Part shown: positions 56,114-64,000 of the stretch, piece after piece
How positions within the stretch are numbered: position 1 is the first letter of the stretch
Layout of the letters: each line of letters begins with the position of its first letter
NCBI GenBank assembly: GCA_051859245.1
Contig: JBHYGA010000004.1
Span: 640,001 to 704,000, forward strand
Reading direction: 5' to 3'
Length of the DNA stretch: 64,000 nt
Source of the DNA: Gemmatimonadaceae bacterium
GTDB lineage: Bacteria; Gemmatimonadota; Gemmatimonadetes; Gemmatimonadales; Gemmatimonadaceae
Position numbers and translations under genes: made by a program
The notes under the pieces: model-generated
The model's database searches: none
What the model was told of the DNA's origin: nothing
What the model saw: only the letters and a program-made list of their open reading frames with translations

Positions 56114-58006
56114 ATGTACCGTCTCCCCGCGGCGGCTGCCGCCCTAACGCTTCTCGCCGTTGTGCGCTCCGGCACAGCGTCTCCGCAAATACACGCGTCG
56201 AGTGCTGATCGTGCCGAACGGCTCGTATCTGTTCACTCGTTGCAACCGGATTCGCTCGCCGCGGCTCGCTGGGCAGACTCCGTGCTCGCCACGCTGACGG
56301 TACGGCAGAAAGCCGCACAAATGGTGTGGGTGTGGACGCTGGGTGACTACACCGCTACTGATGCGCCGGCGTTCCTCGCCATTGAACGCCTGGTGCGTGA
56401 GCAAGAACTCGGCGGAGCCATTGTATCGGTTGGCGGCCCACTTGATATCGCGGCCAAAACCAACGCGTTGCAGCGCGCGGCGAAGTTGCCGCTGCTCATT
56501 GGTGCTGATTTTGAAACCGGTGCCGCATTCCGCGCGCGTGGCGGCTGGTTTCTTCCCAATGCCATTGAACTCGGCGGCGCAACGTCCTTCCCGTATCAGA
56601 TGGGCATTGGCGCCACGCGCGACACGGCGCTGGCCTACGAAATGGGACGCGTGACTGCGCAGGAAGGACGCGCACTTGGTGTGCATATGGGATTTGCGCC
56701 CGTCCTGGATGTGAACAACAATCCGAAGAATCCGGTGATCAGCGCACGGTCCTTCGGTGAAGATCCGGAGCTTGTGGCGCGACTCGGCGCTTCGTTTATC
56801 CGCGGCATGCAGGACAATGGCATGCTGGCCACAGCGAAACACTTTCCCGGTCATGGCGACACGGAGCAGAACTCACATCTCGAGCTGTCGCGTGTGAATG
56901 TGTCGCGCGCGCGGCTTGATAGTGTGGAGCTGCGTCCGTTTCGCGCCGCGATTGCCGCCGGCGTGCGCGGAGTCATGACGTTTCATGGCGATCTTCCGGC
57001 GCTCGATACCACGGGTACGGCGGCGACGTTGAGCGCGCGCGTGATGACGGATCTGCTGCGCCGAGAGATGGGCTTTTCCGGCATCCTGGTCACAGATGCA
57101 CTCGATATGAATGGTGTGCTCGGCGACATGACGATGGCCGAAGCCACGCAGCGCGCAGTGGTGGCTGGGAACGATGTGTTGCTCATGCCAACCGATGTGC
57201 GTGTGGCGATTCAAGCGGTTGTAGACGGCGTACAGTCGGGACGTTTTTCCGAAGCGCGCGTGAACGAATCAGTGAAGAAGTTGCTGATCGCGAAACACGA
57301 AATGGGTTTGCACATGCAGCGCACCGTCGACCTTGAGGCGGTGCGCGCGCGTGTTGGCATCGCGGCGAACGCCACGCCCGCACGAACGGCGGCAGAAAAG
57401 GCGATTACGCTGGTGCACGACTCGCTCGGACTGTTGCCGATGCGCGCGAACAATGCCGCGCGTGTTGTGAGCATCACCGTGAGTCCCCGAGCGGATCTGA
57501 GTGCAGGTCGCACCTTTGATGCCGAGCTCAAGAGCGCGTACCCGCAACTGTTGTCGCTCTCGCTTAGTCCGGAAGTGGTCGCCGACAATACCGCCGGTGC
57601 AGCAGCTGGCGGCACGGGCACCTATCGTGTGAATCCGGAGCCGGCGTTGCTTCCGGCATCAGTGGAGAATGCGCTGAGCATCGCGCGCGGCGCGGATGTG
57701 GTGATTGTGTCGAGCTACATTGGCGCGAGTACGAATACAGCCACGATGACACCCACGCGCGGTGTGCCCGAGTTGCTCAACGGTTTGCGCGAGTCGGGTA
57801 CGAAAGTCGTGCTGGTGTCGTTTCTCAATCCGTATCTGGCGCAGGGACTACCGCGCACTGATGCACATGTCATCGCCTGGAGTCCATTCACCATGTCGCA
57901 ACGAGCGGCAGCGCGGGCGATGTTGGGACGTGCGCCGATCACGGGACGACTCCCGATCACGATTCCGGGCGTGGGTGCGTTTGGAACGGGAGTGACGCGG
58001 CCGTAG
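56114..58006 (+). CDS. Secreted GH3 beta-N-acetylhexosaminidase (NagZ-like, two-domain)
   Basis: Signal peptide; APVLDVNNNPKNPVI, RSFGED, KHFPGHG, TDALDM. Confidence 0.9.
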   Translation: MYRLPAAAAALTLLAVVRSGTASPQIHASSADRAERLVSVHSLQPDSLAAARWADSVLATLTVRQKAAQMVWVWTLGDYTATDAPAFLAIERLVREQELGGAIVSVGGPLDIAAKTNALQRAAKLPLLIGADFETGAAFRARGGWFLPNAIELGGATSFPYQMGIGATRDTALAYEMGRVTAQEGRALGVHMGFAPVLDVNNNPKNPVISARSFGEDPELVARLGASFIRGMQDNGMLATAKHFPGHGDTEQNSHLELSRVNVSRARLDSVELRPFRAAIAAGVRGVMTFHGDLPALDTTGTAATLSARVMTDLLRREMGFSGILVTDALDMNGVLGDMTMAEATQRAVVAGNDVLLMPTDVRVAIQAVVDGVQSGRFSEARVNESVKKLLIAKHEMGLHMQRTVDLEAVRARVGIAANATPARTAAEKAITLVHDSLGLLPMRANNAARVVSITVSPRADLSAGRTFDAELKSAYPQLLSLSLSPEVVADNTAGAAAGGTGTYRVNPEPALLPASVENALSIARGADVVIVSSYIGASTNTATMTPTRGVPELLNGLRESGTKVVLVSFLNPYLAQGLPRTDAHVIAWSPFTMSQRAAARAMLGRAPITGRLPITIPGVGAFGTGVTRP

Positions 58007-58060
58007 CGTGTCGCGCGATCGCATCATCCTGAGACGCGATCGCGCGCGCACGTTGCCGGC

Positions 58061-58543
58061 CTACGGCGCCCGGGTGGCCTCCCAGCGGCCGCGCGAGAGG
58101 ACTGAGTCTGGAGCGGTCACCGACATTCTGGTAATGGTGCCAACAAGTTTGCCGTCAACCAGGCGGCCGACGCTTCGCCACATCATCTGGGGCGAGCCTG
58201 CCGGCATGGTGGGATCAGTATACGGCGCCGACGTCGCAATCATGCTATCCGCGTCGAACTGCGTGCTGTACGTGATCGTATCCGGCGAACCGTCGATCAC
58301 GAGCTTTCCGGTATTGTCCGCAGCCGCGATGTTCGTCCACCGCGTTGTGATGGAGTCGCCGACCTCCGGCATACTCACTCCAGTCCATGTGCCCGCCAGG
58401 TCAGCGGCACTCAGCCCAGCAGGTTCCGCGGCGGCCATCATCGCGGTCGAGTCTGCTGCGGCATCGGCCGCAGTGTCCGCCGAGCCGCCACATCCTGTTG
58501 CTGCAACAACCAGCAACACCAACCCTCCGACGAGCGTACGCAT
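58061..58543 (-). CDS. Hypothetical lipoprotein (beta-rich)
   Basis: MRTLVGGLVLLVVAATGC lipobox; LAGTWTG; GGAG RBS. Confidence 0.7.
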   Translation of the reverse strand: MRTLVGGLVLLVVAATGCGGSADTAADAAADSTAMMAAAEPAGLSAADLAGTWTGVSMPEVGDSITTRWTNIAAADNTGKLVIDGSPDTITYSTQFDADSMIATSAPYTDPTMPAGSPQMMWRSVGRLVDGKLVGTITRMSVTAPDSVLSRGRWEATRAP

Positions 58544-58707
58544 GCGTCATCTCCGGAAATGGGTAGGAACGCGCCGCGGGCAGTTCGACAGCAAGTCCCG
58601 CGGCCCATAAAAGCTGCAGCGTCCGGTCGCCGTGTGCCAGAGTGGCCACTTCGGCGCCCAGCGTGCCATCTTTCCAGTCCGCTCCCCGCAACCTTTTCGT
58701 TTGAACC

Positions 58708-59106
58708 ATGAGCCTGTTTGCCGCTGTACCCCGTCGTTTGTTCGCGCTTGCCGCCGGTGTGGCATTCAGCACCGGCTGTGGAGAAAGCCTGTCCGCCATG
58801 ACGGAACAGGCCATGGACCAGTGCATTGAGACGCGGAATCCATTGTTTACGAGTGGGCGTGGAGCTGCGGCGCTCGATACCCCCCTGTCTCCGGAGACCG
58901 AAGCGCTGGCGCAGCGGTTTCACTACGTGCTCGCGTTTCGAATCTTCAAGGACATCGCGGAAGAGGCGGGCAGTCAGGTGGTGCTGGTGTGCGCTCTCGA
59001 TCTTGCGTCGCGCTACAACGACCCCGAGTCGAAGAAGTTCATCGCGAAGTACGCGAACCATCCCGATGCGGCGGTTGCAACGAGCGCGCAGCGCCTGTCG
59101 CGCTGA
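58708..59106 (+). CDS. Hypothetical lipoprotein
   Basis: RRLFALAAGVAFSTGC lipobox; ends 5 bp before rsmD. Confidence 0.6.
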   Translation: MSLFAAVPRRLFALAAGVAFSTGCGESLSAMTEQAMDQCIETRNPLFTSGRGAAALDTPLSPETEALAQRFHYVLAFRIFKDIAEEAGSQVVLVCALDLASRYNDPESKKFIAKYANHPDAAVATSAQRLSR

Positions 59107-59111
59107 TCATC

Positions 59112-59630
59112 ATGCGCATTGTTCGCGGGAAACACCGGGATCGACTGCTCACGTCGCCAAACGATTTTCGGGTGCGGCCCACGGCTGAGCACGTACGTGC
59201 GGCCGTGCTGGATTTGCTCAAGCCCGATTTGGCCGACGCGAGTGTGCTTGATTTGTTTGCGGGCACCGGCGCGCTTGGCCTCGAAGCGCTCTCACGCGGT
59301 TCAAAGCGCTGTGATTTTGTAGAGACGAGACCGGCGAGTTTGCACGCCCTCAAAGCCAACATCGCAGCGCTCGGCGAGATCAAACGCACGCGCGTATTCA
59401 AGAAAGACGCCTTGCCGTTTGCCGCGGCGCTTCGCGAAGGGGCGTACGATATCGCGTTTGTGGATCCGCCGTATGAATCGCGTATGCTGGATCGCGTGAT
59501 CGAAGGGTGGATGGTGAGTCGGTTCGCGCGGATTCTGGTGGCCGAGCACGCGGCGACGCACGAGTTGCCGAAGGGTGGTGCGAAGCATTTGTATGAGGAG
59601 ACGGCGGTGACGATTTATCGGTTGGCGTAG
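59112..59630 (+). CDS. rsmD: 16S rRNA m2G966 methyltransferase RsmD family
   Basis: MRIVRG, RPT, DLFAGTGALGLEALSRG, DPPY. Confidence 0.88.
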   Translation: MRIVRGKHRDRLLTSPNDFRVRPTAEHVRAAVLDLLKPDLADASVLDLFAGTGALGLEALSRGSKRCDFVETRPASLHALKANIAALGEIKRTRVFKKDALPFAAALREGAYDIAFVDPPYESRMLDRVIEGWMVSRFARILVAEHAATHELPKGGAKHLYEETAVTIYRLA

Positions 59631-59669
59631 GTCGTTGGAGCGGTCATTTGCGCGCGCGAGAGCTGTGTA

Positions 59670-59827
59670 AACTGCTTGGAACGCAGAGGCGCAGAGGCGC
59701 AGAGACTGCGCGGTCGAGCTGTTTGTTCGCACTCAGCGCACATTTTCCTTTGTTAAAATTATCGTGACGCGAGTAGCCGGTCAGCGTGCAGTCTCTGCGT
59801 CTCTGCGCCTCTGCGTTCCAAGCAGTT
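59670..59827. repeat. Long inverted-repeat element (40-bp arms built from CGCAGAGR octamers)
   Basis: 59670-59709 and 59788-59827 are 39/40 complementary, with a 78-bp spacer. Confidence 0.9.
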
Positions 59828-59909
59828 CAACCAGCTCGCGCCAGCTACGAACCTTGCGCCAAGCACCGCAGGGATTGACGAAACAACGGGCGCGCTGCAG
59901 ATCCAGTGC

Positions 59910-61487
59910 ATGCCCACCTCATCGATTGTCTCAAGTCTGGTGCTCGTGCTGAGCACGGCAACCGTCGCGTTCGCCCAATCCAGCATCGCCCCGCCGGCGC
60001 GCTTCACCGATCCGGAGCGCCTGAACAAACTTCAGCGCGCGATCCCGGCCATCGACAGCACGATGCGCGCGTTCGCTGAGCGATCGCGCGTGCCAGGCAT
60101 CGCCTACGGCGTGATCGTTGACGGTAAGCTGTTGCACGTTGCAGCCGTTGGACTGCGTGAAGTGTTGAGCAATTCGCGCGTGGACACGAGTTCTGTCTTC
60201 CGTATTGCGTCAATGACCAAGAGCTTCACTGCGCTCGCCATTCTGCAGCTGCGCGACGCGGGAAAACTTGCGCTGGATGATCCGGCCGAACGCTACGTGC
60301 CCGAGCTGGCGAGTCTGCGCTACGCGACAAGTGATGCACCACGCATTACCGTGCGCCACCTGATGACCCACTCGGCCGGATTTCCTGAGGACAATCCGTG
60401 GGGCGATCAACAACTCTCTGCGACGGATGCACAACTGTCGCAGATGGTGCGTAGTGGCATTCCATTTTCGAATGCACCCGGTGTGGCATACGAGTATTCC
60501 AACTTTGGCTTCGCGCTGCTGGGGCGCATCGTGGCCAACGTGAGCGGCATGCCATACGCGCAGTACATTCAGGAACGTGTGCTGCGTCCGTTGCGAATGA
60601 CGTCCACGACCATGGAAGCGCGTGATGTAGCCGCATCACGGCTCGCACACGGATATCGGTTACGTGACGGCGTGTGGCTGGAAGAACCACCGCTGCCGGA
60701 TGGATCGTTCGGCGCCATGGGCGGCATGCTGACATCTGCGGCAGATCTGAGCCGCTGGGTGGCACTCATGCTTGATGCGTGGCCCGCACGCGATGGCGCA
60801 GAGTCACCGGTGTTGCGTCGTTCGTCGCTACGAGAGATGCAGCAGATCATGCGTTACAGCGGCGCGAGCGCGGCACGCCAAGGCGCTGAGCTGTTGCTCA
60901 ACGCAGGTGGCTACGGATACGGCCTTCGTGTTTCGCAAAACTGCACGTTTGGCCAACTTGTGGCGCACTCAGGAGGGCTGCCAGGCTTCGGCTCACAAAT
61001 GCGCTGGTTGCCCGACTACGGCGTTGGTGTGATTACACTCGGCAACCTCACCTACACACCGTGGGGCGGCCCGATGGACGCCGCGTTCACACTGCTTGCA
61101 CAAAGCGGCGGGCTCACCCCTCGCGTGCCACAGCCGTCGCCGGTGCTGCTGACGCGACAAACTCAGGTCTCGCGTTTGATTCAGCAGTGGGATGACACGC
61201 TGGCGGATAGCATGGCTGCCATGAACCTGTTTCTCGATGAACCCGCTGATCGCCGCGCCGCCGCGATTGCCAAGTTGCGCGATACCGCAGGCGGCTCGTG
61301 CCGCACCGACGGAGCGATCGTTGCGGAGAACGCGCTGCGCGGACAATGGCGCATGCAGTGTGCAACCGGGGCGCTGCGCGTTGGAATTACGCTGGCGCCA
61401 ACCGAACCGGCGCGTGTGCAACAACTCACCGTGAGCGCGATGCCCGCCGGGGCGACCATCGGTGTGGTTCCGGCGTGTCGCCCCTGA
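59910..61487 (+). CDS. Secreted serine hydrolase, beta-lactamase/AmpC-like family
   Basis: ASMTK (SxxK), LMTHSAG, YEYSN, HSGG. Confidence 0.9.
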   Translation: MPTSSIVSSLVLVLSTATVAFAQSSIAPPARFTDPERLNKLQRAIPAIDSTMRAFAERSRVPGIAYGVIVDGKLLHVAAVGLREVLSNSRVDTSSVFRIASMTKSFTALAILQLRDAGKLALDDPAERYVPELASLRYATSDAPRITVRHLMTHSAGFPEDNPWGDQQLSATDAQLSQMVRSGIPFSNAPGVAYEYSNFGFALLGRIVANVSGMPYAQYIQERVLRPLRMTSTTMEARDVAASRLAHGYRLRDGVWLEEPPLPDGSFGAMGGMLTSAADLSRWVALMLDAWPARDGAESPVLRRSSLREMQQIMRYSGASAARQGAELLLNAGGYGYGLRVSQNCTFGQLVAHSGGLPGFGSQMRWLPDYGVGVITLGNLTYTPWGGPMDAAFTLLAQSGGLTPRVPQPSPVLLTRQTQVSRLIQQWDDTLADSMAAMNLFLDEPADRRAAAIAKLRDTAGGSCRTDGAIVAENALRGQWRMQCATGALRVGITLAPTEPARVQQLTVSAMPAGATIGVVPACRP

Positions 61488-61542
61488 CGCCCTCAGCGCA
61501 CGTGGCTAGTCGCAGCACGCGCGACGCCAACGTCTGCTGTCG

Positions 61543-63186
61543 CTACTTGAGTCGCACCCGTGACAGATGCAGTCCCTTCGCGTCACGATTGCTCAAGTAC
61601 ACAACCTTGCCTTCACCAAATCCAACCAGCGTGAACCCCATCGGGATCTGAATGCGATCGATCATTTCACCCTTGCGATTGATCACATCAAAGATCTGTC
61701 CACCCGGCATTGGTCGCATCGGGTTCGCACGCACCCAAAGATTTCCGTCGGCATCAGCGCGTGCGGCACCAGCAGCGATAGGTGGCTTGTAGTCAGGAAT
61801 GTCGGCCGGGCGCACCAGTGTAGGCGCGCGATAGATGGGCGCAGGTGGCGTGTATCCGCCGCCGTACATTTCCTGAAAGTATGACTGCGTGCACTGCGGT
61901 GCTGCGGGCGCCGAGCCGGCCGGCGCGTTGCCCGCGGCTGCGCTGCCAGCCGCAGCCGGCGGCGCAGCGCCAACCACCGATACGGCACCGGTTGGTGACA
62001 CCGACATCATTTGCGGTGTGACCGTTGGTGTTACGCCTGGTGGGCACGCGGGAATGTAGTTGGGAGGAAACGACAGGCCTTTGGGAAGAATCCAGTCGGC
62101 TGGCATGCCTGGCGGCAGCACGTATCCGTCTGGCACCGAGAACGACGCGGGATACGGTTTGTTCAGCACGTTCGACCACGAAATCATCTGCGTCACAAAG
62201 TTCGTCTGCGCATTCTTGATCTGCACCGCTTTGGCTGAATCAGCGAACTTTGATTTCAGGGTGTCATCCATGCGCATCCACGGAAACGGCAACTTCTCGC
62301 CAGAGGTGATCGTACCATCTGGTGCGCGAAACTCGGTGCGATAATCCACACCGCGCACAAACGCGATCGATCCGTCTGACATCACCGCCCACTCATCAAG
62401 CAGCGGGAGCGGATTGGGGACCGAGTTGAGGCTGTAGTAGCCTTCCGGCTCCATGCGCATCGAGTACACCACTTTCGGAATGCGCACAACACCGAGCGTA
62501 TCGATCAGCCGCGTGTTGAGATGTACGCCAACCACAAATGCGGTGTCTGCGGGCGTTGGAAAGTACGGCATGCCCGGCAACGGCGGCGCGGCCAGTGGAG
62601 CAGGCGTCGCGGTGATGCGGTACACGAGACGTCCTTGCGCATCGAACGCGGGATTGCCCCATGTGGGCAGCGCGCTCGTGAGCGCCTGCACATGTTGCGC
62701 AAATGGAATGGCACGCACGCGTGTGATGCGGCCCTGCGGATCAATCACCAGCATCGCCAGCGTGGCCGGATCAATGAAGAGCGATGAGTCCGCAAGATGC
62801 GGAATCAGTCGACCCGGTCGCGAACCGTACGCATTCTCAACCTCGGTAAGCGAATCGAGCACCACCGAGACCTGCGTGAGCGTGCTGTCAAAAATCAGCA
62901 GGCGACGACGCATGCCATCATTCACCATGACACGACCGTCGGACAGCCCGCGCACTTGCGAAATCGCGCCGAGTGTTTCGGTGCTGATGGCTTGCGCGCT
63001 CTCAATGCGACGGATGGGCGGGCCGGGAAGTGGCGGGAACGTGTCTGGTGGTGCCGTGCGCGCCGCTGGTGGAGCGTTTGGTGGCGAGGGCGGTTGCGCG
63101 ATCGCTTGACGCGCGAGCGTGGTGCACGCCGTGAACATGACGACGTTCACGACACACTGGACGAAGCTGCCGTTGAAGAGTCTCAT
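61543..63186 (-). CDS. Secreted beta-propeller-like hypothetical protein with Pro/Ala-rich insertion
   Basis: Signal peptide; LSDGRVMVND, ADADGNLWV; Pro-rich segments; ATGA overlap with the upstream gene. Confidence 0.65.
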   Translation of the reverse strand: MRLFNGSFVQCVVNVVMFTACTTLARQAIAQPPSPPNAPPAARTAPPDTFPPLPGPPIRRIESAQAISTETLGAISQVRGLSDGRVMVNDGMRRRLLIFDSTLTQVSVVLDSLTEVENAYGSRPGRLIPHLADSSLFIDPATLAMLVIDPQGRITRVRAIPFAQHVQALTSALPTWGNPAFDAQGRLVYRITATPAPLAAPPLPGMPYFPTPADTAFVVGVHLNTRLIDTLGVVRIPKVVYSMRMEPEGYYSLNSVPNPLPLLDEWAVMSDGSIAFVRGVDYRTEFRAPDGTITSGEKLPFPWMRMDDTLKSKFADSAKAVQIKNAQTNFVTQMISWSNVLNKPYPASFSVPDGYVLPPGMPADWILPKGLSFPPNYIPACPPGVTPTVTPQMMSVSPTGAVSVVGAAPPAAAGSAAAGNAPAGSAPAAPQCTQSYFQEMYGGGYTPPAPIYRAPTLVRPADIPDYKPPIAAGAARADADGNLWVRANPMRPMPGGQIFDVINRKGEMIDRIQIPMGFTLVGFGEGKVVYLSNRDAKGLHLSRVRLK

Positions 63187-64000
63187 CGTGCGATCTCGAA
63201 GAAGGCACCACCTGACGCGATCGCTACTTCGCCGCCAAAAAACATGCCGCCGCCTCCGCCGCCCACGGCCGGTACGTACATCCCGCTTCCATTCTTGATG
63301 AGATTCAGAAAACGCGGATCGAGATAGTTCGCAATCTGCGCCGGTAGCTTGCGCTTCTGCGCCGGTGTAAGCAGTGCAGACACCGCCTCTACCGTTTGCG
63401 TCAACAGATCGAATTGGGTGCGACGCGCACGCAAATACCGTTCGTACGCTTCTTCCATCTGATACTTTTCTGGCAATCCAGCCAGATAACGTGCCGCCGG
63501 CGTCCACAACGAATCCGTCCGGTACGCGTACCGACGATTCATTGAGGCAATGCTATCGGCTTGCAGCGCCGTGAGACGAAGCGAATCCTGCTGGCGGATG
63601 ATCTGCGTCATGGGGTTTTGCACACTGCCCGCACCGATCTGACGAAACAGCTGCTCGCTGAATCGCGTGCCGGGCGTCACACGACCCGTTTGCAACTGTT
63701 GACCCAGAATTTGCCGTTCCATTGTGGGTCCAAGATCGATTCTGAGCGACACCGTCATCGTGACTGGTGAACGCAGCGTGAGAAACTGCGGGCGTGTTTG
63801 CCCGAAGCGCTGGTTTACTTCGTACGAGTATTCACGGGTGGCCGGGTTGAAACCACGCACGTACAAGAGTGCCTGATCGGGGAATGGGCTCTGTCCCCAA
63901 CCCTTGAGATTTCCGGATCCGTTCAGCGCGAGATCTGCGGCGCCGAGCGGGTTGGACAGTGCGAAGTTCAATGCCGCACGTTGTGGCATGCGAAAACGTG
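63183..64000 (-). CDS. C-terminal part of a large outer-membrane/TonB-receptor-like protein (5' end outside the window)
   Basis: The frame is open to the window edge; beta-strand-like segments followed by a helical LTxxQ-containing tail. Confidence 0.55.
   Translation of the reverse strand, partial: RFRMPQRAALNFALSNPLGAADLALNGSGNLKGWGQSPFPDQALLYVRGFNPATREYSYEVNQRFGQTRPQFLTLRSPVTMTVSLRIDLGPTMERQILGQQLQTGRVTPGTRFSEQLFRQIGAGSVQNPMTQIIRQQDSLRLTALQADSIASMNRRYAYRTDSLWTPAARYLAGLPEKYQMEEAYERYLRARRTQFDLLTQTVEAVSALLTPAQKRKLPAQIANYLDPRFLNLIKNGSGMYVPAVGGGGGGMFFGGEVAIASGGAFFEIAR

Noticed and set aside
59670..59827. CRISPR array interpretation of the octamer repeats
   Set aside because: The repeats are 8-bp tandem units inside one inverted pair, with no spacers and no cas genes.
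59910..61487. Antibiotic-resistance beta-lactamase call
   Set aside because: SxxK/YxN/HxG serine hydrolases with C-terminal extensions are mostly peptidases or esterases; resistance cannot be inferred.
1..64000. Prophage, IS, integrase, tRNA/rRNA or defence system
   Set aside because: No diagnostic motifs or cloverleaf structures seen anywhere in the window.

Overview
GC-rich, gene-dense bacterial chromosomal window with about 55 CDS. It most resembles Gemmatimonadota (Gemmatimonas-like); this is inferred from the gene families present (PadR plus ADOP orphan permeases, fused ccoNO, many lipoproteins and exported peptidases). I found no rRNA, tRNA, CRISPR array, integrase or transposase. Main blocks, left to right: (1) a partial Ser/Thr dehydratase, a lipoprotein-type inorganic pyrophosphatase and a TetR/DUF4260/HAD unit; (2) PadR-ADOP permease, an orphan ATP-grasp and a DAACS transporter; (3) a three-gene phosphorelay; (4) a second ADOP permease, an amidohydrolase, alkC and an internally deleted, frameshifted nhaC; (5) a hybrid kinase and a SAM methyltransferase; (6) an ECF sigma-FecR-TonB-dependent receptor-fasciclin signalling locus; (7) a complete cbb3 oxidase operon (ccoNO-Q-P-G-H-DsbD_2-I-S) preceded by a His-rich membrane MCP and a divergent DUF411/CopG-like gene; (8) about 17 kb of exported peptidases and hydrolases (S9, M14, M28, M23, S33, GH3, serine hydrolase) around a CstA transporter. 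The most notable oddities are a CstA with an in-frame C-terminal tail resembling YbdD/YjiX and ending RCC, a ~190-bp octamer-built inverted-repeat element, a 58-bp loopless palindrome, the deleted nhaC, and an outer-membrane protein ending in an LTxxQ helical domain. No clearly new multi-gene system could be established from sequence alone. All family assignments come from motif recognition by eye, with no database search.
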